A stretch of 64,000 nt of DNA from Nageia nagi (GCA_050084985.1 JBITNC010000002.1:11160001-11224000), one strand, 5' to 3'. Shown: positions 1 through 12,362, numbered from the stretch's first letter. The notes: generated by a model from the letters alone, not told the origin. Program-made: numbers and translations.

Positions 1-770
1 TGTCTTGTTAATTGCTACAAGATAAAATATTGCATATTTGATAAGTTTAATGGGCAGATTTATGTCTCGATTGCTGGTTAAGTTGGTCATGTGTTGACAT
101 TGTTGCGACCTATGTCTCGTGTTTGATTCCCGCTATGAGACATACATGCTATGTAATAGCCTACTACAATTGTCTGTCCTATAGATCAGTTGGTCTCCAT
201 GGACATTAATATACTTTACCTTTTACCTTTACTTGTAAGTAATGAAGCAAATATTGAGATATGTGACAGGTATTTTAGAGTTTGGGGTTGAGTACTCTTT
301 ATGCCTAATTTTGGATAAATTGGATGGATGGATTCTAAGTGGGGAGATAGTTTGGATGATAAAAAATCAACTTCTGATAACTATTTATCACTTGGCTCCT
401 ACTTAATTAGTTAGAGCTCAAGGAAACAATTCGTTATGACATTATGTTCAACAAACGTAGAGTATGCGACAACTATAACAACATCAACTTAGGCCTTATG
501 GTTGAAAAAAAAAGTTATGTGACTTTGGGAGAGCACTTGACAACCAAAGTGCACTCTAGATTGCCCATAATTATATCCATCATGGTAGATCCAAGCATAT
601 TAACTTTCAATTTATTTCATAAGAGACATGATACAAAGAAATGTTGATTTGAAGTACAATATCATTAATCAACTTGTAGATGTCTTCATTAAGGGTGTGA
701 AGATAAAAAAAGTTCTTAAGGTTGAAGGTTACGTCGGTGACCTCTTTTATGATCAAAGGGGAGAATAAAG
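1..770 (+). mobile_element. Decayed Ty1/Copia pol remnant (RT C-terminus + RNase H) ending in a PPT
   Basis: Manual translation gives IATR*NIAYLISLMGRFM ... VMKQILRYV ... DSKWGDSLDDKKSTS ... SSRKQ ... STNVEY, matching the Copia motifs TRPDIAYAV/KRILRYL/DSDWAG..DDRKSTS/SKKQ..S.EAEY. Purine tract AAAGGGGAGAA at 755-765. Many stop codons. Confidence 0.85.
62..232 (+). mobile_element. Candidate tRNA-derived SINE inserted in the Copia remnant
   Basis: A-box-like TGGTTAAGTTGG (75-86), B-box-like GTTTGATTCC (121-130; CpG-decayed GTTCGATTCC), 3' hairpin 176-204 and a (TTTACC)n tail at 215-232. It interrupts the Copia frame between RFM and H.xVMKQILRY. Confidence 0.65.
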
Positions 771-1942
771 AGTTGATCACTTTAAGAGAAATTAAAGTCT
801 ATTTCATATTTAAAAAATCAATATCTCTTGAGTTTCAGACAAACCAAGATACATGTGGGAGTCACCAAAAATATCATATGTATGTATCAAAATTGTATTG
901 AGAGTAATATGATACTCCATTGAAAACTCAAATTATCATATGATCGACATTAAAAAACATAAAATTAAAAAAAATTAACTAACTTAGATATCTTAAAAAA
1001 CTTATCACCCGATCCCTTTACTCGACTTTTCCCTTGACCAAGTTTTTATGGAAAATCCCGATCACACACAAATAGTCATATGTGTCATGCGTGTGCAAGT
1101 GAACATGCACACAACTACGCTCCTAGGCTGCCTTCCTATTGTATTGTTTATCTTTTATTTTTTAAATAAAATTTATTTTAAATATAATATAATAATATTA
1201 TTTTATTTAAAATAAATAATTATTTTCGTTTTTTTGGGTAAAATAAATAATTATTTTTTATTTAAAAAAAATATATAAATTTTTTGTTATATTATATTAG
1301 ATTGTAAAATATTTACAAAAATAAATGTATTATATATTTTTCTCTCAGAATTTAAAAAATATATTTTCTTCATAAATAAATAATATAGATTTAGTTTTAA
1401 AAAATGTAAAACCCTAAAAAATATTGTTATTGTTTGGAATGCTATTTTTAATTTTAAAATAATTCAAAAATATTTTAATATGCTAATTTTTCAATTTTTT
1501 TTAATAAAATCTTACTAAAATTCAAGTTTTTTCTAAGTTAAATGGTTTGCTAAATACTCATTCAAGTCTGTTGACTATGATGTAAGATACTTTCATTTGG
1601 CTTTGATAATTTATTATTATTTTTGGTAGGTTTGCAATTCTTGTGTGAAAATTATTCATAAAATAAGTAAGTGAATAGTGAATTAACAAATTTATTATAA
1701 AGTAAAAATTGCAATATTTTCTATTGAAAGAGTTCTAAAAATGAATTGAATTGAGTTAATATTCTAGCAGATGTATAAGACAAAAATGCAGAATATGGAA
1801 ACATCATAAACCAGAACAGCCCCACCAATTACTTGCATTTATGTCGAAGTAGCAGACAAACAGATTACAAGTACAAATGGTGGAACTTTGGCAATATGCC
1901 AAGCACCCACAGAAACTAATCCTCTAGCAAATAGTTGAGTGC

Positions 1943-1985
1943 ACAATTTCAAGTACCAATTAACAATTTCAAGTACCAATTAACA
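1943..1985. repeat. Perfect 20-bp tandem duplication downstream of the Yippee stop codon
   Basis: acaatttcaagtaccaatta x2. Confidence 0.9.
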
Positions 1986-2203
1986 TTCTTTACAGTCCAT
2001 ATCATACAAAATCCCTTAACTTCGTACATTTTCACATTTAACACAATGACATCCGTCCACACAAACAAATCAGCCTACTAATTACGTCTTAAATCTCTTT
2101 GCAGAGGAAGAGCCAAGAAGCCACCCAAGTTTTTAAAATCAGAAGTTTAATGTTTCAGATGTAATGAAGTATGCTTGCAAGCTCCCACTGCTGACTATGA
2201 GTG

Positions 2204-2431
2204 CTACCAGTTTTCTTTCATTATCTTCGCTTTTTCAAGGATGAACTTGCCTTCTTTATATTTTTGGGATTCATCATAAGCTCTTTCATACTTCCAACCA
2301 AGAACTTCTCGACACTGAAAACAAGAAATATCAGCCACAGTGTGGAGGCCTGTCATAAGTTGCCTGTCTTCTTTGGGTCCTGTCAAAACATTTACAACAT
2401 GTCCAAACAAGTATGCTCTCCCGTTCCTTCC
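2204..2431 (-). CDS. YPEL: Yippee-like zinc-binding protein (Yippee/Mis18 family), exon 2 (terminal)
   Basis: [75 protein letters not shown]. Has the second CxxC and the KYKEGK motif. A polypyrimidine tract + TGCAG acceptor immediately precedes 2431 on the minus strand (phase 0). Confidence 0.96.
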   Translation of the reverse strand, partial: GRNGRAYLFGHVVNVLTGPKEDRQLMTGLHTVADISCFQCREVLGWKYERAYDESQKYKEGKFILEKAKIMKENW

Positions 2432-2863
2432 CTGCAGATTAAAAAAAAAAAATTGTTTTAACATTAACCTTCTCACGTCTTTTCCCCATGCCGTACTAAC
2501 TCGGATAAAATCATTTCAATAAATATCAAAGAACTTGCATACGTATCTAACTGTAAGTGCTGTAACTCAGAAGTGTCATTTAGAATATCAAAAACTGTTT
2601 AAATATCAGAACAAGTTACTACCTTAATTTCGATTGAATTGTTGTTAATATACTCAGCAAAATTATGAGTGGAGAAGAATCATCTACCATAACTAGAGAT
2701 CAAATGGAAACGATGGATGAAAGCAGAAAAAATTTAAGAAAGTAAAGAGAATTTTAAAAACCATGTAGATTCGGTGATGTTGATTAACTAGTGCCATCAT
2801 CTCAGCTATAAGTTATGCATCAAATGTACATTAAAAATATCCGGTCATATCCACAGTTTAGAA

Positions 2864-5800
2864 TGTTTTTTAAGTCATTTTATTGAACACCTGTAGGAAT
2901 CTCTATTTGTATTGAGTTCATAGTTATGAGAAGATCAAATTACAAATTTATGTTTACTGTTTGGAGCATCTTAGATTCAGTAGATAGCAGTGGCAGAACT
3001 ATCCTTCGATTGTAGCAGCAAATAAGTGGCATTTATTCAGTAGAAAGTTAATATAACTTGTATATCACACTAGCTTAGTTGTAGGGAATCTAGAAAGTAT
3101 AACTTGAATGTTAAACCAAGTAGAGGTGCATAAAATAGCTGTAAAAAATTGTATTATGTTTTTAGACTACTGATGCAATTCAAATTTACATGCTGATACT
3201 TTTTTGCTCCATACTTTTATATTTTCTTTTGCCAAGTCAGAATTCGTTACTGTCTGTGATCTCTCCCCAACTATTGAAAGGTGTGCATAACTAAGTTCAT
3301 AGTTTTGTTTATACATGTTTGTGAAGTCTTGATAACTTGGCATAAATTGCTAGCAAAGATGAGTTAGAAAAAAAATGATTTAAGAGAATAACTTGCAGCT
3401 GTTCTGGGTTTGTTCAAGCTGGGAGGAAGAGCCCATTATTTGTGCTAGTGTAATGGCAAGTAACAACAGTATAATTCCAATTCTTCAATTAGAGGAGGGA
3501 AACATAGTTGGCATCTGAATGAAGGCCCTATTGCAAGGGTATGGGCTTTGGAGAATTGTAGAGAATGAGTTTACTGATGAGACCAGTTTAAATCAGCAAA
3601 ATATAAAACTTAACAAGAAGTTGGGCAAAAACAATTTGGTTCTCTTTTAGATCGATACAGCAATGGATGAGAGCATATGAGGGAATCTTGTGAATTTTCT
3701 CACTTATGACATGACTGAATAGACTTCTCAAGAAACTTGGTATCTTGATTCAGGCTGTTCCAACCATACGACCAGCAACAGGATAGCTTTGCTAATTCAG
3801 ATGAAAAATCTAAAATAGAAGCAAGTTGGAAGATGACAAGGCTGGTAAAGGATGGATGCACATCACTATGAAGCATGCTGTGAAGAAAAGTCACGATAGA
3901 TAGAATACACCTGATTTAAAATATAATCATTTTGAGTGTGGGGTAGCTATGTGAAAAGAATTACAAGGTTGATTTAGAAGATAACTGATATATAATTTAT
4001 GACAAGAGCCATGATGGTAAAGCTGTAGCTATAGTTCCAATGACAAGCAGTAGAATGTTCCTTTTGAAGCTTTATGGGTGAAAGGAGAAATCCAAGTAAT
4101 ATTTCATAGGAGGGTCCAAATTGGTTGTGGTACATGAGATATGGCCCATTTAAAGTTCGAAAATTTGAAGATGTTGAGTTCTAGATGGTTTACAGGCTGC
4201 TGGTGTGGACATAAAAATAGTGTTTGTGAAGGTTGTGCTAAAAGAAAGCAATCAAGATAGAAGTTACCCAAAGGCAAAGCATGGAGGGTTTCATACCACA
4301 ACTTTTAAATTTTAGCATATACAGAACAATGCAAACACAAAGCGTGGGTATATCTTCATATTTCATTACTTATATTAATAACCACACAAGAAAGTGTTGG
4401 ATTTACTTTTTGAAAGCCAAGGATGAGGCATTTTGATGTTCTCAAGAAGATCAAGTCCCTTGTTGACAATGAAAGTGACTATAAAACCAAGACTTTAAGA
4501 AGTGGCCGTGGAAGTGAATATTGCTCTTATGAATTCAGGGACGTTTCTGGCAAAAATAACATAAAAAGGAAACTTAATTCCTCTTGTAGAACCCATCAAA
4601 ATGGGCTGGCTAAGAGGAAAGATCATTCTATTGTAGAGATGGTGAGAAGCATGTTCGAGTGAAAGGCCTTGGCAACACGAATTGTGGAGATGTTGTTGCT
4701 ACAATAGTGTATATTTTAATTTTTGAATAGCTCAAGTACTGCTCTCATGAATATCACATTACAAGGTTTGATATGAGAGATGGCCCAATATGAGTCATCT
4801 AAAAAAAATTGGCTGTTTTATGTTGAAGACAAGAAGACAAAGAGTAAGCCATGTATATTTATTAGATATTTCAAGGAGAGATCCCAAAACACATAAGGTG
4901 ATAGTTTCAAGGGATGTATTTTTTGATGAAGAGGGTGTGTATGGACAACAAGGAGGTAAAATTGACACAATGGTCTACATTGATGATTCCAGTGAAGTAG
5001 AGGAACAACCCAGAAAAGCTAGCACTCCTTCAAGCTCACCTTTCAGTCCTTCAAGTCCATCCAACACCTCATGAAGTTTTCTTCAAGTGATGATTCTCTT
5101 GAAGCCAAGAGGGGACAAGTTCAAAAAAGAAGGGTAAGAGAATTCTTCAGTTTCGTCCTTCTATCAAATGCTAGATAAGAACTTTGAAAGAAAGCTAACA
5201 AGGACTCAACCTCAAGAGATGGATCAAATGGAGCCTAAGATGAAAAGGATTCAACTCTTCGGTGTGGATGAAGACCCTAGGCAAAATTGTTAATTATGCC
5301 TTAATGATATGAGTAGAAATAAAACCTTCCTCTTTTCATGAAGCATGTAAAAGTAATGTTTGGGTAAAGGCTATGCACGAAGGAATTGATGCAATTAAAA
5401 GAAATGAAACTTGGGAGCTTGTTAAAATTCCCAAAGAAAAGAAAGTAGGAGGATCAAAGTGGTTATACAAAACTAAATAGTGATAGAATCATTCAAAGGC
5501 GAAAGAAAAGGCCAATTGCAAAAAGGTTCACCCAAAGCCATGGCATAGATTAAGAGGAGATTTTTGCACCTGTTTTTAGGTAAGAAACAAGAAGGATGGT
5601 GGCTACATTGGCTGCCCAAATAAACTGGAAGGTAAGTCAGCTTGACGTCAAGAGTGCCTTTCTTAATAGATACTTGCAAGAAGAAATGCATGTCCAATAG
5701 CCCCAAGGTTTTGAGGTGCAAAGCAAAAGGGATCATGTATACCTGATTGCAAAAGGTCTCGTATGGCCTAAAGCAAGCTCCAAGGATATTGTATGCTAAA

Positions 5801-8740
5801 ATTTATGCTTACTTCCTTGAGTGTGGCTTCAAAAAGAACTAAAGTGAACCAACTCTTTACTTAAAAAGGAAGGTAATGATAATTCTTTGTTTGTGTGTAA
5901 ATGGTCTAATTTTATTCTAGTAATAGCTCTAGAATGAAAAACAAGTTTAAAAAGACAATGATTGAATTTGAAATAAAGGATTTGTGGTTTACACGTTCCT
6001 TTCTTGGCATGGAAGTCCATCAACTTAATGATGAGTCCATATGCCAATCCATATATGCAATAGATACACTAAAGAAGTATAGAATGGAAAAATTCAAATA
6101 GATGGTTACCCATCGCACCTGGAAAGATGTTATGCAAGGATGATGGTACCAGTATTACCTACAAAGTTGGAGGTACAAGATATAGGAGTATGATCAGGAG
6201 GTTGATGTTTTTAGAGTACTAATTTTGGTATAACTTAATGTGGTTCCTCTTTGTTCAAGATACATGACTGAACCTTCCCAATTACACTTGATGAAAGCTA
6301 CAAGAATTCTGAAGTATGTTAGGGGCATCATAGATTTTGGTATCATTAGTATGATGTTGATGATTTTCAACTTGTTGGATTTAGCTATTTGAATTGAGCA
6401 GGATGTTTAGATGACAGAAAGCCAACTGAATGTAATTCTTCCACTTTAGGATCAAGTTTGATAACTTGAAGCTGAATATATGGCTGCAACTTTTGCTAGT
6501 GCTCAAGCCACATGGCATAGAAGGATGCTCAGTGAGATCGGTGAGTTTCAAAGCACATCCATATATTGTGATAATAAAAGCATTATTCAGTTAGCCAAAA
6601 ACTGTGTATCATAGGAGGTCAAAGGACATGATTTAAAAGAGTGAGGCTGACATGAGATTTTGTGGCATGTATGAACAACTTGCAGAACTCTTCATTAATT
6701 GATCCGAAAATTGGATCAATTTATTAAGTTTCCTAATGGATGCTTAAGAACAGGATTGGCATCAAAATTTGATGTCATAATTTGGCAGGAAGAGGATTGC
6801 CAACAGTCCATTCCTGTCACAAAAGGACCATCAATGGTCCTATTCTTGACACCTTTCCCGAGGAGACTGAACAGGTTGGAGTCGTTTGGAGAGTAAAAAT
6901 GTCATGAACAATCAAAGAGACATCAGTTACATCCCATTCATTCCCAGGGAGACTTGGAAGGGAGAAGAAGAAGAAGAAGAAGACAAGAAGTGGTCAAGTT
7001 GTTACCATGGTTGCAGACCTATCATGAGAGACTACTGTACTATCAAATTGGCTGGGAATCAGACCAAGATGGACAGAGATTGATGGGAGCTTTTTCTTTT
7101 CATCTCCAAAATGTGTAGTGTAGAGTGAACAACATCATAGTCATTTTATGCTATTCTTTATCATGTATTGGATAGATCACATAGTGTAATGTGGCTATTG
7201 CACTGTGTGAGAAAGTGTATTGGTGGAAGGTATAGCATGTGTTTCTAGTACATATTTGTGTTGCATATGAGAAAGAATTCCATATGTATCTTTTGTTCAT
7301 TATACTCTTAGAGGCAGATAGTGAATATTGTTGGTGAGAAGGTTGAAGATCCTTGAGCTCTTAGAGGGGGGTTTGAGACAGCCATTGAAGAAGCCAATTG
7401 AAGGTTCTTGAGTCAAGTTGAAGGTTCTTGAGTCAAGTTTGAATTTGAGAAAACAAGGAGAGAATAGGAAACCGAGATTTGGGAGATGGTAGTATTTTCT
7501 TGAGCTCTTAGATGGAGGATTGAGGAGAAACCATTGAATAACTAAACCATGATATTCTTGAGCCACTTAGAGGGAGGTTTGAGAAGCAAAATCATAATTC
7601 TTGAGTCAAGTTTGAACTCAAGAAGTATCTGAAGAGTTGGTCAAGAGAGGAGTTGCAAAAGCCATTTGGAAGTTGGAATGTGTATGAACGTCCAAAGGAT
7701 GATATAGCACTCAGTTTGTTGTGGTTATAGCTTCTTGAAATATTGATCAATAACAAAATCAAGTCTATTAAAATTGGATGTACTTCCACTTTGGAAGGAA
7801 CCAGTATAAATCTGACTGTGTCAACATTGTGTGATTGTCTTTTGATGTTGTTAGTAAATTCTTTCCCGTATTTTGCAATTGCAATTCAGATTTGATAACA
7901 CAATTCACTGAAAAAAGAACCGCCAACGGCCCTTTTCTGCAACTTTTGGACCACCAGCGACCCTTTTCATGCATAATTGGGTTCTGAAATTTAAATGGCA
8001 AACTCTGTATTTGATGACTTCTTGAATAGCATGACTTACAGAAGTTTACAGATCATTAATGGAGTGACCAAACAACAATTTCAGAAACTTAAAGAAAAGA
8101 TAGTAAGCCCCCTCTGCATGAAGAGAGAGAATCTAGACATGGTGAAGTTGAGCCAAACAGCTTTGTCATCTCTGCAATAAATTTCTGCACAAGTGTAGAT
8201 TACAAAATTACAAATATGCAATCATGTGCAGTTGCACAATTGAAATGTTCTGTAAGTCATTTTATCGAATAGTGATGGGAACCTCTGGTTTGTAGTCAAT
8301 TCCTAGTTAGGAGATTATGAAAAGAAGATTTACATAACTGTTTGGAGCATCTTACATTTAAGAGACAATCATGGCAGAAGTACGCTTCAGCTGCAACAGA
8401 AAATAGTTGGTATTTATTCATTAGAATATAAATGTACCTAATATAATTCAAAAGCCTAATTGTAGGAATAGTTGGTAGGATTCACAGGAGAATCTAGAAT
8501 GTGTAACTCCCATGGGAGGCCATGTAGAGGTGTATAAAATAGTTGTAGAACACTGTATTATTTTTCTAATAAGGTTGATCTAATTCAAAGTTTCATTCTG
8601 AGATTTCTTGGTTTCCACTCATAGTTTTTTTTGCTAAGTAAGAATTGTATGACTTTGTAATATCTCTATAACTATTGAAGGGTGTGCAAAAATGATTTTA
8701 CACTTGGTTTGTACGTGTTTTGGAAGTATTGGGACCTTCA
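2864..8740 (+). mobile_element. Ancient Ty1/Copia element (gag-PR-IN-RT-RH remnants ~3450-6700) bounded by highly diverged direct repeats (probable LTRs ~2864-3335 and ~8246-8735)
   Basis: MKALLQGYGLW (gag), WYLDSGCSNH (protease), KTLRSGRGSEY/QNGLAKRK (integrase), VIVSRDVFFDE, QLDVKSAFL and LYGLKQAPR (RT), IYCDNKS (RH). The flanking ~470-bp repeats share blocks such as taagtcatttta, actgtttggagcatctta and caactattgaa.ggtgtgca. Confidence 0.75.
7110..7910 (+). repeat. LTR-like fragment with internal TTCTTGAG repeat motifs
   Basis: About six (T/C)TTGAG(CT/TC) units at 7350-7620. The motif GGATGTAC..GGAACCAGTATAAATC..TGTG resembles the U5 motif in the Copia LTRs at 27007 and 37556. Confidence 0.45.
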
Positions 8741-8767
8741 CAAAACATGGGTGACATAAGCCTAAGG

Positions 8768-11635
8768 AAAAGAAAGAAAGAAAGTATATTAATGTCCTCG
8801 GGTGACCAAAAGTAGTCAATGGGACTAGAAAGTACAATCATGTAAATGAAGCTAGCAAGCCCCTAGTGGGTGCCTTTAAAGAAAACATAAAAGAATAAAC
8901 AACTACAACCATACAAGAGAATCCTGGCTCTAAAAGAAAGGAGGGATACAAAAACTAAGGCTCCCCAAGGAATGTCGCTCTGGACCGCACTGGGGGAGCA
9001 TACGACGGTACTCTCTACTCCAGGGGAGCTCATGCGTGATCACTATGGGATGTGTTTGTGATATTGTTACTAGAGGAGGAGGATGTGATTTGATGCATCA
9101 GCGAAGGATCCTCGGTGCTCTGTGTACGTCTCCTGGTCCGACGTGCTAGATGCAGGTGCTCCTCTCGGTGTCTCCTACGAGCTCGCTCAAGGGAAGAGGC
9201 GCGAAAAAAGGACGTAATGAGTCGATCCCCAAGTGGTTGCTAAGCTCGAGCTAGAAGTCGTCACCGTAAGAGGAGGGCCTCTCGGAAGTACAAAGCCAAA
9301 CGGTGCTGATCAAGATAACGGATGAATGTGCTCAAAGAGCTTTGTGAGTCTCAGAAAAGGCAATAATAGCATCCTCGGATCTCATGGTAAACCAAGTATC
9401 GGAAAACAAAATGGGTCTTAGACTTAATCTCAAGAGAGCAAAGGCGACAAACTCGAAGGTCTCTTTCTATGTGGTGGTCTGTCTCGATCCTCAATTGGTG
9501 TGAACATACTCGAAATTGGCCAAGGGCTAATCTCAATCCAAGAGGAAGATGCAAGCTGATGTATCCAGGTGGTTAGATCAACCCCCTATCTAACTAGAGG
9601 AAATGATGAGCATAATGGTCTAGTTTGGGTGTCAACGGTTGCGGGGAGGACATCCAAATCTCAAAAGCATCTTGGAGACCTCGACGAACCAGCATCAATG
9701 GCAACCCTAGGCGGACAAGTCGATTGAGGAAGTCAAGGCTCTAACTACGAGTCTACCACTCCCATGGGCAGATAAATTCTGAATATGACGAAGAAAGAGG
9801 ACTATGACAGCGAGGGCCTAAACCAGAAGAGGCTTGCATCCAAACTCCGCAAGTACAATAGGGTGTGGGATTGTCCTCTTACTCCAAATGAAGCGTGATA
9901 GGAAGGTGATCAAGATCCTCTCTATCGATGTCCAATCAACTGCCAACAAGCTGGGTCCCCAAACCTTTACTTCGTACAAGGCTATAGATATGACCAGGGT
10001 CTAAAATAACTCTAACTTGGATGGAACGTCCTGAAAGTGTAACTGGAAGCACTGCCTCTCCAAAGTGGACAAGGTCACATACCCTCAACGAATTTTGGGT
10101 GCCGTTGCTGACCTCATGGAGAATCTGGGACCCGAGAAGAGCACTCCCAAGTATGTATAAGACGAGGTAGTCTCTATACTACTGCCACAAAGGCTGAGTT
10201 GTGTCCAATCCACTGTGACCTTCGAAACATTAAAGGACACAACTTTAGTCTCGCTAAGGTTCATTGTCAACTCCTGCCTAGCATTGGACCTATCAGGAGC
10301 ATCAAGAAAAGCCTGCAAACCCTCAATCGAGTGAGATAGCAATACAATGTCATCAGCAAAAAGAAGTAAGGAAACTTTGCTACCATGAAGAAGGTATCCA
10401 CACTCGGACCCTATGGTCTCAAGGATAAAGGACTCCAGCTCATCTATATATAACCCAAACAAAGTCGAAGAGAGAGCAACCCTGTTTCACCCCTATGTTG
10501 CAAAGAACACGATCAAAGAGTCCATTTGAGGTGTGCACTCAGCTTGAGAGCGTCCCATATAAAGTCAAGATAGCCACTAAACCCTCCTCTGGTACTCCTA
10601 AACTCCTCAGTTGCTTCATGAGTCTATGTCGAGGAACAATGTCAAAGGCTTTCCTGAAGTCTACAAAACAGCAAAAAACTGGAGACATCTAGAATGTAGC
10701 CTCCTCGATAATAGCCCTAAGTGTGAAAATATGATCAAAGGTATGATAGTCTTTGTGAAAGCCATCTTGTCCCATAGCTCGAAACCTCCTAGAGTCAACC
10801 ATCCAAGATAGATACCCCTCCAAGACCATGGCATACAACTTGGCCAGGGTGTGGCCAATCATGATTGTGCGATAATTGCTCGGGTCATCGGGATAGCCAG
10901 TCTTAAAGATGGGGTGAATGATGTTGGAAGTCCAGGAAGAAGGGAAACCAGAGCAAATAACATTGTTGAAGAGTTGCGCAAGGAAGGGGGGAGGGTGTGG
11001 ATGGCATGCTTGAGGAATTCGGCTTGAAGATCTTCAATGTCCATGGCCTTCCCCAAGTTTAGTTTCTAAATGGTAGAATGGATGAGGGGAGATGAGAAAA
11101 AATCTAAAGTGAAGGGAGGGTGGATAGGAGTGAGTGCGGGATGTCTACCAAAAGTGTAGAGGCAAGAGGCATACTCCTTCCAGGCATGGAAAGAAGTGGA
11201 ATTTGTGAGGTGTTTTTTAGGTAGGAAGGAGCGCCAAAAGGATTTTGCGTTAGAATGAAGGGAAGATATGATCTCGGTTCTCCTTTAGGCTAAGAAGTGA
11301 CGTTTCTTAGTCCTAAGGAGACGATGGAGCGCAACGGTGGAGGTGGATCTAGGGTCGCAAACCATGGATCGACGGAGGCGGCGATGGGAATCTTTGCACT
11401 CAAGTTCAAACCAAGGATTCATCGAACAATGGCCTGGGTGGCGAAAGCGGTGGGGTGGGCTCAGTTTGTGGGGAAAGGCCTGGAGGGCCGCTTAGTGGAG
11501 GAAAGTAGCAAGAAAGGAGGAGGCTCGATCCTCTACCGACGGGAGGGAGGGTAAAGCGAGGAGTTTTTGCTAAAGGAGCTATTGTAGAGTGGGTCAAATA
11601 GGATGGATAGGCGAGGGGCTCTGGGAGTGGGAGTG
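8768..11635 (-). mobile_element. 5'-truncated, frameshifted LINE (RTE-X-like) with intact 3' end and (CTTT)n tail
   Basis: RT motifs CFVDFRKAFD, GVKQGC, LFGLYIDELE, LLLFADDIVLL and YTYLGV. C-terminal FRVCSHQLRIET..RVCRLC..HFVF..Y..IR Cys/His domain. GC-rich relative to flanks. 3' end GGACATTAATATAC(TTTC)n at 8768-8797. The clade assignment is an inference. Confidence 0.85.
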
Positions 11636-12129
11636 TTAACTAGTCAAGATTATTCACAAGTGTTAGAGCTTGCTGAGATCAGCCTCTTCACATGGCCTTA
11701 CCAAAGTGAAAGTCGAGTCCCTTAGGAAGGACCTTGCCCATGGTCAATTTAGAGGTCTATGGACCATTGATTGTTTTACAATTGATGGTGAGAATCTGGT
11801 AGTGATTGTAAACTTCAAACGATGTTAAGGCTCGCAGGTCATATTATACAACAGGTGTGGCCCACATATTATTAAGGCTCAAAAAGCCTTTATGGAGGGT
11901 GAAGGCCCCCACATTATTGATGGGGACTTGTAGTCACCTTTCCTGTAACTGCATCTTCTACATTTTATTCCATATTATCACACCTGCTAAAGCTTTAACT
12001 ATCTTCTGTAGTCCATCTTTTTATGACATTTCCTATAAGTAATAAAATTGTAGAAGAATTTTGATGACTTGATAGACTTAACTATGTTTTGTTTGACTTG
12101 TGTTTAGTTTAAGTCAGTGCAGAAAAAGC

Positions 12130-12362
12130 TCTCGATAGTTACCAGCCGCTTTGCACTAACAGTTGTTGTTGGATGAGTCCTCTGCTAGAATGAACAACCC
12201 CAGTTGCTCAACGAGATTTCACGGCAGTGCAAAGGTTGTTGTAGGGTATAATTTCCCAGTAGTAAAGAGGTTGTTGCTGCAGGATGTTTTCCTATAGCAC
12301 TTACAGACAATCGTTTCAGCTTAGGTGGATTATTAGTGAAAGCCATATTGAAAAAAAAAAAT
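12130..12362 (+). other. Structured, poly(A)-terminated element (SINE/retroposed RNA candidate)
   Basis: Stems ctttgcact/agtgcaaag, cagtagtaa/ttgttgctg, gttgtaggg/tcctatagc and tttcagct/agtgaaa, then an A11 run. Confidence 0.35.

Noticed and set aside
2204-2476. ORF-track 90-aa protein starting [15 protein letters not shown]
   Set aside because: The N-terminal 15 residues are intron (polypyrimidine tract + acceptor). The true N-terminus is exon 1 at 15405-15506.
3570-3600. CTGATGAGACC hammerhead-like start
   Set aside because: It lies within Copia gag coding sequence and has no complementary stem II or GAAA.
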